From NCBI GenBank assembly GCA_016936595.1, contig JAFGXO010000011.1:1-57019 (forward strand): a DNA stretch of 57,019 nt, in the 5' to 3' direction. A program made the position numbers and the translations under genes. This stretch comes from Bacteroidales bacterium. GTDB taxonomy: Bacteria; Bacteroidota; Bacteroidia; Bacteroidales; JAFGUD01. Every line of letters starts with the position of its first letter. Position 1 is the stretch's first letter. This document shows, in pieces, positions 19,051-28,101 of this stretch. The notes beneath the pieces are model-generated. The model did not search any database. It saw only the letters and a program-made list of their open reading frames with translations, and was not told the origin of the DNA.

Positions 19051-19122
19051 CTTTCAAAATTACGCCAAATTATCTTTCATTAAAATCTATACAAATTAAA
19101 TGCTTTTTACATTACTACGCAA

Positions 19123-19138
19123 TACCTGAATTCAGGTA
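19123..19138. promoter_or_regulatory. Perfect 16-bp palindrome, candidate dimeric transcription factor site
   Basis: TACCTGAATTCAGGTA in an otherwise very AT-rich intergenic region, no U-tail. Confidence 0.55.
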
Positions 19139-19519
19139 ATTTTCAGGCCAATAGATACTAATTTTGTTTGTTATTTTTGTTTGCATTATATATTTAATAA
19201 GCGGTTTTTTTAAGTCTATTTTATTATTAGTTGTAAAGTATTTAAGTTTTTGAAAAAAGTTGTATTATAGCCGAAAAATTGATTTTTAAAATTGATTTTA
19301 TAATTTTTGTGAAAAACTTTTTTTTTTGTAATGTTTTTTAGTTACGTGATTTTTAAAACATTTTAGTGCTTTTCTTCTTTTTCCTGTTTTTACAATAATT
19401 TTTAGTAAAGTTTTTGGAATAGTCGGTTTTTTTAACGTTTATACTTGAGTTTTTTTAATATTTTCTTTTTAGTTCTTTTTGGAAATTTTTTAAAGTGTAA
19501 ATTTAACAAATAATATATT

Positions 19520-19549
19520 TTTGAAATTGTACATTTTAATTTACTTTTG
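19520..19549 (+). promoter_or_regulatory. Bacteroidota -33/-7 promoter of the GGCT operon
   Basis: TTTG (19520-19523), 18-bp spacer, TACTTTTG (19542-19549). Confidence 0.6.
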
Positions 19550-19605
19550 TATGTTTAAAAAAGGTTTGGTAAGTTTTTTGATTATAAAAAAAAAAACTAC
19601 AACAA

Positions 19606-20157
19606 ATGAAAATTGATAGCCCATACAAAAAGTATCTTTATTTACCTTTAGTTAAAATTTTTGTTTACGGAACATTGCGAAAAAATAATCGTTTAGGATT
19701 TTATATGGAAGGAGCCGAATATGTTGGTCCATACTATACACGAGGGCAGCTTATGAAATCCGAAAATGAAAATGTTTACATAGATTTTGGTTACAATGAC
19801 GCTGTTACAATAGGAGAGGTTTATATGGTTAATTTTTATTGTTTACAAAGAATAAACCACCTTGAAGTACTTTCCGGCACGTTTCCTAAAGGTTATGAGC
19901 TTAATGTAAAACCAATTTGGAAATTATCCGAAGATAAAAAATTTACATTTGATGATCAAACCATAGAACTTGCTTTTTTTTACAAATGGATTAATAGTCC
20001 TGTAAAAATATTAACAGGTGATTTTAATGACGATTTTATTCCAATTGACGAAATCGAGAAATTGATAGTATCATCAAAAGGCGAAATAAAAAGCCAAGAG
20101 CTTTTAACTATCATGCAAAAAAAATTATCAATTTTTGAAAGCTTGACCTTTGAATAA
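19606..20157 (+). CDS. Gamma-glutamylcyclotransferase (AIG2/YtfP-like) family protein
   Basis: IFVYGTLRK, GEVY, RINHLE (conserved Glu position), GY; C-terminal extension. Confidence 0.82.
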   Translation: MKIDSPYKKYLYLPLVKIFVYGTLRKNNRLGFYMEGAEYVGPYYTRGQLMKSENENVYIDFGYNDAVTIGEVYMVNFYCLQRINHLEVLSGTFPKGYELNVKPIWKLSEDKKFTFDDQTIELAFFYKWINSPVKILTGDFNDDFIPIDEIEKLIVSSKGEIKSQELLTIMQKKLSIFESLTFE

Positions 20158-21577
20158 AAACAAAAAAAATATAAGGCAACGGATTGCAAATGTTTTGTTT
20201 TGGTCAATCGTTTCGGCGGCATTTATAGGTCCGGGAACTGTAACAACAGCTACTAAAGCAGGTGTTTATTTCCATTACGATCTTATGTGGACTATGGTTT
20301 TTTCTGTAATTGCATGTTTGCTTTTGCAAGAAGCCAGTGCACGAATAGCAATATTTTCAGAAATGAATCTTGGAGAAGCAATAGCCAAACATTTTGAAAA
20401 TAAATCGTCAAAATATTTTATTTCAGTATTAATAATAGGATCAATAATATTGGGAAGTGCTGCTTATGAAACCGGAAATATTTTAGGTTCGGTTGAGGGC
20501 TTGCGATTTGTGTTTAAATCCGTTCCAAAACCCATATTTGTAATTGTTTTAGGCATTGCTGCGTTTTTATCATTTAGAATGAAGTCGATTAGAACCGTTG
20601 CACAAATATTAGGCGGTTTTGTTTATTTAATGGGTTTGGCATTTTTGCTTACAGCCATATCAGTTAAACCCGATATTTCTAGAATAATGCAAGGAGTTTT
20701 TGTTCCAACTATCCCAGATGTTTCGGGAGCGGGTATGTTAATTCTTGGAATAATAGGTACAACTGTAGTTCCTTATGATTTGTTTTTGGGCTCGGGAATT
20801 GTAGATAAAACACAAACAATTAGAGAAGCTCGTTTAGGATTATCAATTGCGATAATTTTAGGAGGCATAATTTCTATGTCTATTATGGCTGTAGGTAGCT
20901 CAATAACAGATGGTTGGACTGCTGAATCAATTGCAAGTTTAGAATTTGATTTTGAGTTCATGAAATCAGGGCTTTATCTAAATTCGCTCATTAACGATTA
21001 CGCATTATACATATTTGGTTTTGGAATGTTTGCAGCGGGTTTTACCTCAGCAATAACTGCACCGTTAGCTTCGGCTATAACCGCAAGAAGTTTATTTTCA
21101 AAAAATAAAGAAAAATGGGAATCAAAATCTTTAAGATTTCAATTAGTTGCAGGAGGGGTTTTAATTGTAGGAGTTGTTTTTGGAGTATTACAAGTTAAAC
21201 CTGTTCCGGCAATAATTATTGCTCAAGCTTTTAATGGTTTTATTTTACCATTCATAAGTATTTTTATGCTTATGATTATTAATAATCCGGCAGTAATGAA
21301 GAAAAGAATTAATTCACATTTTTCAAATGTATTAATGGGATTTGTAGTTTGGATAACTTTATTAATAGGAACTTTTAATATCCTAAAAGCAGTTCAGAAT
21401 GTGCTAAATTTTGAAATAGCAAATAACGATTTATTATTTGTTTTTATTAGTTTCTTTAACTTATTAGCAACAATTTTTATTATATTTAGAATTTACAAAT
21501 ATCGAAATAAGAAATTAACAGAATTAAGGAATGAAGAGTTTAACAACGAATATTATAAACACATTAGAAATAATTAA
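20150..21577 (+). CDS. NRAMP-fold transporter of the YcsG-like subfamily
   Basis: AAFIGPGTVTT, LQEASAR, AAYETGNILG, IGTTVVPYDLFLG, FAAGFTSAITAPLA, AQAFNG; about 11-12 TMs; TTG start overlaps the upstream gene end. Confidence 0.85.
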   Translation: MNKNKKNIRQRIANVLFWSIVSAAFIGPGTVTTATKAGVYFHYDLMWTMVFSVIACLLLQEASARIAIFSEMNLGEAIAKHFENKSSKYFISVLIIGSIILGSAAYETGNILGSVEGLRFVFKSVPKPIFVIVLGIAAFLSFRMKSIRTVAQILGGFVYLMGLAFLLTAISVKPDISRIMQGVFVPTIPDVSGAGMLILGIIGTTVVPYDLFLGSGIVDKTQTIREARLGLSIAIILGGIISMSIMAVGSSITDGWTAESIASLEFDFEFMKSGLYLNSLINDYALYIFGFGMFAAGFTSAITAPLASAITARSLFSKNKEKWESKSLRFQLVAGGVLIVGVVFGVLQVKPVPAIIIAQAFNGFILPFISIFMLMIINNPAVMKKRINSHFSNVLMGFVVWITLLIGTFNILKAVQNVLNFEIANNDLLFVFISFFNLLATIFIIFRIYKYRNKKLTELRNEEFNNEYYKHIRNN

Positions 21578-24500
21578 TGCTCGGACTGCAGGATTACATA
21601 AAAGATAGATTTAATATAAAAGATGATGACTATAATAAAATCAAGCTCTTGTTTTTATATTCGTTTTCGTTAGGCCTTTTTATAGCATTTTATTTTGTTC
21701 CCGCAAATTCAAAATTTTTAGAAAATTATGGTCATTTTGAACTACCTTACGCCTATATAATTTCCGGAGTTGTTGGTATTTTGGCTATTACAGTTTATTC
21801 TTTTATTCAAAAACACAAACGTAGTAAAACTCTGTTTGTTTCGGCTATAGTTTTTATGTTGCTTATTTCTTTGCTCTCAAAATTATTTTTATATGTTCTT
21901 CATAGCGATTTAATCAATATTTCTTTTGATTTAAAATCTTCATTAACTCGTGCAATAAGCTTTTTTGTTTTTATTTGGGCATGGCCATTTATTTCCCTCG
22001 TAGCTACTATTACCGGCGGTTTAGCTCTTCGCTTATTTAATTTATTGCAGGTCAAAAAATTCTATGGTTTAATTAATTTAGGAGGAGTTATTGCAGCAAC
22101 AATGAGTTATTTTTTAATATCTCAAATTCTAAAAATACTTGGTTCTCAGTATGATTTAATATTAATTGGCAGCGTTGGATTGCTTTCTGCAATTATTTTA
22201 TTGTTTTATATTTACAAAAAGTTCCCCGAAAAAAAGCAAGCAGTAAAGGAAAAAATAAAAGGCGAAAAACCAAAATTTTGGGGCGGATTATTAAAAAACA
22301 AGTTCATATTTTTTATTTTTATAGGTGCTATTGCTTCATCGGTTGTAATTTACATTGCAGATTATGGCTTTTTAATAACAGTTAAAGCTACAAAAGATGA
22401 AATATTAGGAGGCGATCAAGAAGTTGCAAAATTTCTTTCTTTAGTATTTGGGGGATTAAAAGTTGGCGAATTAATTATTTCACTTATTTCGGGCAGAATT
22501 TTAACAAAAGGAGGATTAAGATTAGGCTTAGTTTTGCTCCCGCTTTTTATAACTACTTTATTTTTAACCGCTTTTATTAGTGCTCAGATAGTAGGCGTTG
22601 TTTCGTTTTTATTTTTGGGATTAATGACTTCGGGTAAAATGTTTGAGCGAATAATTAGGCGAGGAGTTGACGATCCTTCTTTTAATGTGCTTTATCAAAC
22701 TTTGCCCGAAGACCAAAAATTATTTGTTCAAACTCGTGTGGGCATTGTTCAACAAGGAGCAATTGCTATAGCCGGAACATTTTTATTGTTAGTAAATTTG
22801 GCTCTTCACACAAGCGGGTCCGATTTTAAAGTTCAATATTATCCTTTATATACACTTCCTATTATGATGTTGGCTATTTACTTGGCTTTTCAATTATATT
22901 CTCGTTATAAAAATAGGATAAAAGAGATTTTAGCAGATAAAAAATTATTTAAATTTGAGTATATTGAACAGGAGATTTTTGCTAATGATATTCTCAAAAA
23001 ATTTATTTTAAGCGAGGATATTGAAGCATCAAAATTTAGTACTGTTGTTCTTTCAGAAACAAATCCCAGGAGTTTAGAAAATTATATTGCTTTTTTGCTT
23101 AAAGTAGATGATATAATTATTCGTAAATCAATTCTTTCAAATATTGATAGCACTTATAACGAAAAACTTGTTCCAATTATCGAAGAAATTGGAAATAAAG
23201 GAGGAATAACCGACAGAGAATTGAAAAAATTATTTTTGCAAGCCTTTTTTAAGCTCGACTATAGCGAAATAAAAGAAATGCCAATAATTAAGCTTAAGTC
23301 TTTTGCTTATTCCGAAAATCCGAATCTGAATATTACAGCTACAAAATATCTTTTTAAAAATAGAGTTAGCGACGACGAAGAAATAATAATTCATCTTTTA
23401 TGTTCAAAAAACAGAAGTGTAAAATTAGCAGCAATAAAAATAGCAAGTAAACGCAAAACTCCAGTTTTGTGGGCAAAATTGATTGAGCTTTTAGAAAACA
23501 CAGAGTATAATAATATTATTATTAATATTTTGGTTGAAATTGGAGAACCGGTTTTAACCGATCTTAATAAGTTTTTTAAAACTCAAACCGAAACAAATAT
23601 TTTAAGTAAAATTATTCAAATTTTTGCTAAAATAGGAACCGCAAAAGCTCAAAGAATATTGGTTTCATATTTAGATTATCCAAATAGAGAAATTCAAAAC
23701 TTATGTATTCAAGCTCTTCATTATTCACGCTTTAGAGCAAAAGAAGATACTTTTGAGGTTATTCGAGACCGAATAAAATCGGTGGCTTATAATATTTTTT
23801 GGTTTTTAATTAGCATTAAAGATTTAGTAAAAGAAAAAAATACTCTTAGATTAGTTCAAGCACTTGATTTAGAGAGAACTAATAGCCTCGAAGAATTATT
23901 TTTCTTGCTTAGTTTTACTCAATCACCCGAAATTGTAGAATTAATAAAAATAAATATTATAGGTGAAAATACAATATTTGCTCTTGAGTTAATTGATAAT
24001 TATATAGAGCCTGAAATAAAGAAAATGATTATCCCTCTTTTTGAACCAATTTCTATAGGTCAAAAAGTTAGACGATTAAAGCAATTTTTTGTGCTAAAAC
24101 CACTTGAATTTGAAAAGCGACTTATAGATATTGTGCTTACAGATAACGTTAAAGTTGATGTTTGGTCTCAATCAAAAGCAATAGAACTTATTGGAAAAAT
24201 ATTGCCAAATAAAGAGCTAAAATGTCCGGATATTGATATTTCGCAAATTGAAGAACCCCAAATTTGGAATATTGAGGGAATTAAAAAAGTTCGCTTGCAG
24301 TTTTCGGTTAATAATTTGGAAAATACTCTTTGGGCTACTATGCTTCACCCCTCTGAATTAATTTATTCAACAGTAATGAAAATTTTGTTTGATAATAAAG
24401 CAACAGGATTGGAAAAATTTGTTGATAAATTATCAAAAAAGAAAAGGCAAATATATAATAATTTAGTAGTAAATGCCGATTTAATATCCGATAAAATTAA

Positions 24501-24864
24501 AATGTTGCGACGAGTTTATTTGTTTTATTCTATTCCCGAAAAATCGCTTTTACGCTTGGCCGATATCGTAGAGCATGATAAATTGAATAAGAATGATGAA
24601 ATTGAATTTTTTAATGAAAATGCTGAGGAAAATATAATTATTTTGGTAAAAGGGAATTTAAATTATATCTCTCAAAATAAAAATGAAATTATATACAATA
24701 AAAATAGTATTGTTATAAGAGGGTTAAATGTTCCACAAAAAGCTAAATCTTTAGTTGCAGTAAATGCTTCGGTTGTTATAAAAATTAATCGTTTTAAATT
24801 TTTTAATTTACTTGCTTCAAATAACGATTTAGTCCAGAATTTATTCAAAACAATTAAATTTTAG
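21577..24864 (+). CDS. Npt1/TLC ADP/ATP-carrier-like MFS domain fused to HEAT repeats and a cNMP-binding-like domain
   Basis: About 12 N-terminal TMs with LPYAYI, FNLLQVKKFYGLI and LYQTLP motifs; long helical solenoid; C-terminal LRRVYLFYSIPEKSLLRLA...IILVKG...INRFKFFNLL Crp-like domain; TAATG coupling. Confidence 0.75.
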   Translation: MLGLQDYIKDRFNIKDDDYNKIKLLFLYSFSLGLFIAFYFVPANSKFLENYGHFELPYAYIISGVVGILAITVYSFIQKHKRSKTLFVSAIVFMLLISLLSKLFLYVLHSDLINISFDLKSSLTRAISFFVFIWAWPFISLVATITGGLALRLFNLLQVKKFYGLINLGGVIAATMSYFLISQILKILGSQYDLILIGSVGLLSAIILLFYIYKKFPEKKQAVKEKIKGEKPKFWGGLLKNKFIFFIFIGAIASSVVIYIADYGFLITVKATKDEILGGDQEVAKFLSLVFGGLKVGELIISLISGRILTKGGLRLGLVLLPLFITTLFLTAFISAQIVGVVSFLFLGLMTSGKMFERIIRRGVDDPSFNVLYQTLPEDQKLFVQTRVGIVQQGAIAIAGTFLLLVNLALHTSGSDFKVQYYPLYTLPIMMLAIYLAFQLYSRYKNRIKEILADKKLFKFEYIEQEIFANDILKKFILSEDIEASKFSTVVLSETNPRSLENYIAFLLKVDDIIIRKSILSNIDSTYNEKLVPIIEEIGNKGGITDRELKKLFLQAFFKLDYSEIKEMPIIKLKSFAYSENPNLNITATKYLFKNRVSDDEEIIIHLLCSKNRSVKLAAIKIASKRKTPVLWAKLIELLENTEYNNIIINILVEIGEPVLTDLNKFFKTQTETNILSKIIQIFAKIGTAKAQRILVSYLDYPNREIQNLCIQALHYSRFRAKEDTFEVIRDRIKSVAYNIFWFLISIKDLVKEKNTLRLVQALDLERTNSLEELFFLLSFTQSPEIVELIKINIIGENTIFALELIDNYIEPEIKKMIIPLFEPISIGQKVRRLKQFFVLKPLEFEKRLIDIVLTDNVKVDVWSQSKAIELIGKILPNKELKCPDIDISQIEEPQIWNIEGIKKVRLQFSVNNLENTLWATMLHPSELIYSTVMKILFDNKATGLEKFVDKLSKKKRQIYNNLVVNADLISDKIKMLRRVYLFYSIPEKSLLRLADIVEHDKLNKNDEIEFFNENAEENIIILVKGNLNYISQNKNEIIYNKNSIVIRGLNVPQKAKSLVAVNASVVIKINRFKFFNLLASNNDLVQNLFKTIKF

Positions 24865-24867
24865 CAC

Positions 24868-25704
24868 ATGACTATAACTTGTAAAGGGAAATTATTAGAT
24901 TTGAATTATCCGGTAGTAATGGGAATATTAAACATAACTCCGGATTCTTTTTATGACGGAGGTTTGTATTTAACAAAAGAACAAATATTACTACGAGCAA
25001 AGCAAATTGTTAACGAAGGTGCTGAAATTATTGATGTTGGAGCTTATTCATCACGCCCCGGAGCTGCAAATATTTCTGTAAACGAAGAACTTAATCGTTT
25101 AGATAATGCACTAACAGTGATAAAAAAAGAGATGCCCGACGCATGTATTTCTGTTGATACTTTTAGGCCTGAAGTTGTTCAAAAAGTTGTACAAAATTTT
25201 AATGTTGATATTATTAATGATATTTATGCAGGCACTGCAAGTAAAAACATGCTTGAAACTATAGCTAACAATAATGTTGCGTATATTATGATGCACATGC
25301 AAGGAACACCTCAAAATATGCAAACTAATCCGCAATATGACGATGTTGTTTTAGATATAATAAAGTTTTTTTCAGAAAGAATTAATAAAGCAGTAAATTT
25401 TGGAATAAATGACATTATTATAGATCCTGGTTTGGGGTTTGGAAAATTACTTGATCATAATTTTCAAATAATAAGTCGTTTAGATGAATTTAAAATTATC
25501 GATTATCCAATTTTAGTTGGAGTTTCGCGAAAATCAATGATTTACAAGTATCTAAATATTAGCCCTCAAGAAAGTTTAACCGGAACAATTTCTTTAAATA
25601 CAATAGCATTAAACAAAGGAGCAAATATTTTAAGAGTTCACGATGTGAAGGAAGCTGTTGAAACGATAAAAATTGTTAATAAAATAAATAATTTTGCAAA
25701 TTAA
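24868..25704 (+). CDS. folP: Dihydropteroate synthase
   Basis: MGILNITPDSFYDGG, IIDVGAYSSRPGA, ISVDTF, IIDPGLGFGK, GVSRKS, LRVHDV. Confidence 0.97.
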   Translation: MTITCKGKLLDLNYPVVMGILNITPDSFYDGGLYLTKEQILLRAKQIVNEGAEIIDVGAYSSRPGAANISVNEELNRLDNALTVIKKEMPDACISVDTFRPEVVQKVVQNFNVDIINDIYAGTASKNMLETIANNNVAYIMMHMQGTPQNMQTNPQYDDVVLDIIKFFSERINKAVNFGINDIIIDPGLGFGKLLDHNFQIISRLDEFKIIDYPILVGVSRKSMIYKYLNISPQESLTGTISLNTIALNKGANILRVHDVKEAVETIKIVNKINNFAN

Positions 25705-25932
25705 ATGTTTGCTTAATTATCTTTGATAAACATAAATTACTTTTTCTTTAAAAAATATCTTTAATTAGTTTATTATTAGAACTTTAATTGAGTTTAAACA
25801 CAATTTATTTTATTTGTATGAAAATATATTGTAAAAATATTTAATTTTGCATTTACAAGTATAAACTAAAATGTATTTTTGTGCGGTTTTAGCATTTATA
25901 AAACCTTTTTTTTTAATATTTATTTTACATTC

Positions 25933-26874
25933 ATGGCAACAAAATATAAATTTAATCCCGAAACTTTTTCATATCAAAACGACAATAAATTAGTACGTTA
26001 TTCGAAAATAATATTAACACAAATAGTTGCAATTGTATTTTTGAGTATTGCAGTGTTTTATGCTTTGTCATATTTTCAAGATTCTCCTCTTGAAAAAAAT
26101 TTAAAGTACGAAAATCAGATTTTAGAAAAAGAATATAACCGAATTTATGCTTTGTACGACGAAAATGAAAAGAACTTGCAACAACTTGAACAACAAGATG
26201 AAGGTTTATATAAATTGATTTTTGGAGCACCAATGCCGGTTGACAGTTCTGCAAATATTATTAACAAAATAAACACAACTAAGCCAAAGGTTTTAGTGAA
26301 AAATAACTACGAAAATTTATTAGAATTACAAAATTATTTAAGTTCAACAAAGCAAGAATTTATTAGTTTTGTTGATTCTTTTCAAAATATAATTAATTCC
26401 TCTGATAATATACCTTCAATTCAGCCGGTTCCAAATCCTAATTTGCAGTTATTGATATATGGTTACGGATACAGATTAGATCCAATTTACCACACTCCAC
26501 GTTTTCACAAAGGAATAGATTTTAACGTACCAATTGGAACTCCTGTTGTTGCTACTGCAAACGGCAAAGTTACAAAATCGGGTAGAGCAACCAAAGTTCA
26601 GGGAATTATTGTTGAAATTGAACATGGCGATTATTCAACTCATTATTATCATTTAAACGATGTAAATGTTAGAGTTGGGCAAACAGTAGAAAGAGGTCAG
26701 GTTATTGGATATGCCGGAACTACCGGTAAGTCTCTAATTCCTCATCTTCATTACGAAATATTTTACAAGAATAAACCGGTTAACCCTATTTTCTTCTTCT
26801 TTTTAGATTTGACTCCTCAGGATTTTAATACGATTTATAAAAAATCCATAACAGCCGGAATTAGTTTAGATTAA
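25933..26874 (+). CDS. M23 family metallopeptidase (membrane-anchored, coiled coil)
   Basis: KYKFNPET N-terminus, TM segment, HKGIDF (HxxxD) and PHLHYE (HxH) motifs; ATG 25933 preferred. Confidence 0.9.
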   Translation: MATKYKFNPETFSYQNDNKLVRYSKIILTQIVAIVFLSIAVFYALSYFQDSPLEKNLKYENQILEKEYNRIYALYDENEKNLQQLEQQDEGLYKLIFGAPMPVDSSANIINKINTTKPKVLVKNNYENLLELQNYLSSTKQEFISFVDSFQNIINSSDNIPSIQPVPNPNLQLLIYGYGYRLDPIYHTPRFHKGIDFNVPIGTPVVATANGKVTKSGRATKVQGIIVEIEHGDYSTHYYHLNDVNVRVGQTVERGQVIGYAGTTGKSLIPHLHYEIFYKNKPVNPIFFFFLDLTPQDFNTIYKKSITAGISLD

Positions 26875-26914
26875 TATTTTATTGCAATATTATTGCGGGT
26901 AAAAGTTGAATTTT

Positions 26915-27499
26915 TTAAATTAAATTGTTTTTTACAGCATAATATATTAGTTCGGTTGTATTTTTTACGTCAATTTTTTTTAAAATTCGTTTTCTGTGCG
27001 TTTCAACAGTGTGAAAAGCAATGTTCAGAACTTCGCCCACTTCTTTGGAGCTTAAACCTTTGGATAGATATTTTATTATATCAAGCTCTCTTTCAGATAT
27101 TTGAACGTTATTTTTTTGCTGTAAATTGTCTGAAATCAGTAAATATATAGAGCTTGTAACTTGTTTATCGGTAAATGGTTTTGTTATGTATGAAAACGGT
27201 TTTGAATTTTTTGCTCTATCGAGTGTAACCTTGTCGGTGTAAGAAGTTAAATAAATAAAAGGAATGGTGTGTTTTTGGTTTATTTCAGTCATTAAATCAA
27301 TTCCATCTTTTTCGTAATGTAGATGTATGTCGCATAAAATAAGATCAGGTTTTTGTTCTTCAATCATTTTTTGAGCTTTATCGTATCTTGTTGCAGATCT
27401 AATATTTTTAAAGCCATCGTCTAAAAGAATTTTTTCAATACTTTTTACATTTATAAGGTCGTCATCTATAATTAATATATCTAATAGAGTTTTTTTCAT
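26915..27499 (-). CDS. Response regulator, REC plus LuxR/NarL-type HTH
   Basis: IIDDD, PDLILCDI phospho-Asp, YLTS, YITKPF; SERELDII...GLSSKEVGEVLNIAFHTVETHRKRILKK. Confidence 0.92.
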   Translation of the reverse strand: MKKTLLDILIIDDDLINVKSIEKILLDDGFKNIRSATRYDKAQKMIEEQKPDLILCDIHLHYEKDGIDLMTEINQKHTIPFIYLTSYTDKVTLDRAKNSKPFSYITKPFTDKQVTSSIYLLISDNLQQKNNVQISERELDIIKYLSKGLSSKEVGEVLNIAFHTVETHRKRILKKIDVKNTTELIYYAVKNNLI

Positions 27500-27574
27500 T
27501 TGAGTTTTTTAGTATACTAAAAAATAAAAAAAATAAATATTTAATCTTAAGCGTATCAAATTACTTAATATTTT

Positions 27575-28009
27575 TTATTGATTGTAATCTTTTCGTGTTA
27601 AATTAACTTCCGCTTCAAAATTTATATTGTGTAACATAAAACTAAATTTTGCAATAATATCATTTTGGGTTATTTGTTTTATTGTAAGTGTTTGATTTTG
27701 AGATGTTTCTAATAGTACAATATTTTCGTCAATGTGCCAATTTACGGTATCTGAGTTAATAATACACACATTACTATCAATAAATTCAAATTCAATTAGG
27801 GATAAGTAATTTAAAATATTAGTTTCAAATTCATTAATTGAAATAATAGATGTGTTTTTATTACAATATTCCTGAAATTTTAGGTCTAAATCATTTATAT
27901 ATGCATCTTCAATTAACCATTTACCAATTATTGCTGTTTTTAATGAGGGTGAGCATGAACAAAAAAACAATATTCCTGTAAAAAATATAACTGAATTTAA
28001 AGGCTTCAT
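27575..28009 (-). CDS. Hypothetical lipoprotein (lipocalin-like N-terminus)
   Basis: Lipobox-like FCSC followed by IIGKW. Confidence 0.6.
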   Translation of the reverse strand: MKPLNSVIFFTGILFFCSCSPSLKTAIIGKWLIEDAYINDLDLKFQEYCNKNTSIISINEFETNILNYLSLIEFEFIDSNVCIINSDTVNWHIDENIVLLETSQNQTLTIKQITQNDIIAKFSFMLHNINFEAEVNLTRKDYNQ

Positions 28010-28061
28010 TTAAGCATTTGATTTTTTATAAAAAAGTTAGTTGTTTTCATTAACTTAAACG

Positions 28062-28101
28062 AAAAAACCGTCACTTTTGTTAGAAAATGACGTTTTTTTT
28101 T
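28062..28101. terminator. Terminator downstream of ffh
   Basis: A6, CGTCA(C)TTTT / AAAATGACG stem, T-run. Confidence 0.65.

Noticed and set aside
19318-19596. T10 and A11 homopolymers as phase-variation switches
   Set aside because: Similar runs occur in many intergenic regions of this AT-rich sequence and these lie outside the promoter spacer
20150-21577. Calling the transporter mntH
   Set aside because: It lacks the DPGN and MPH metal-binding motifs and fits the YcsG-like subfamily
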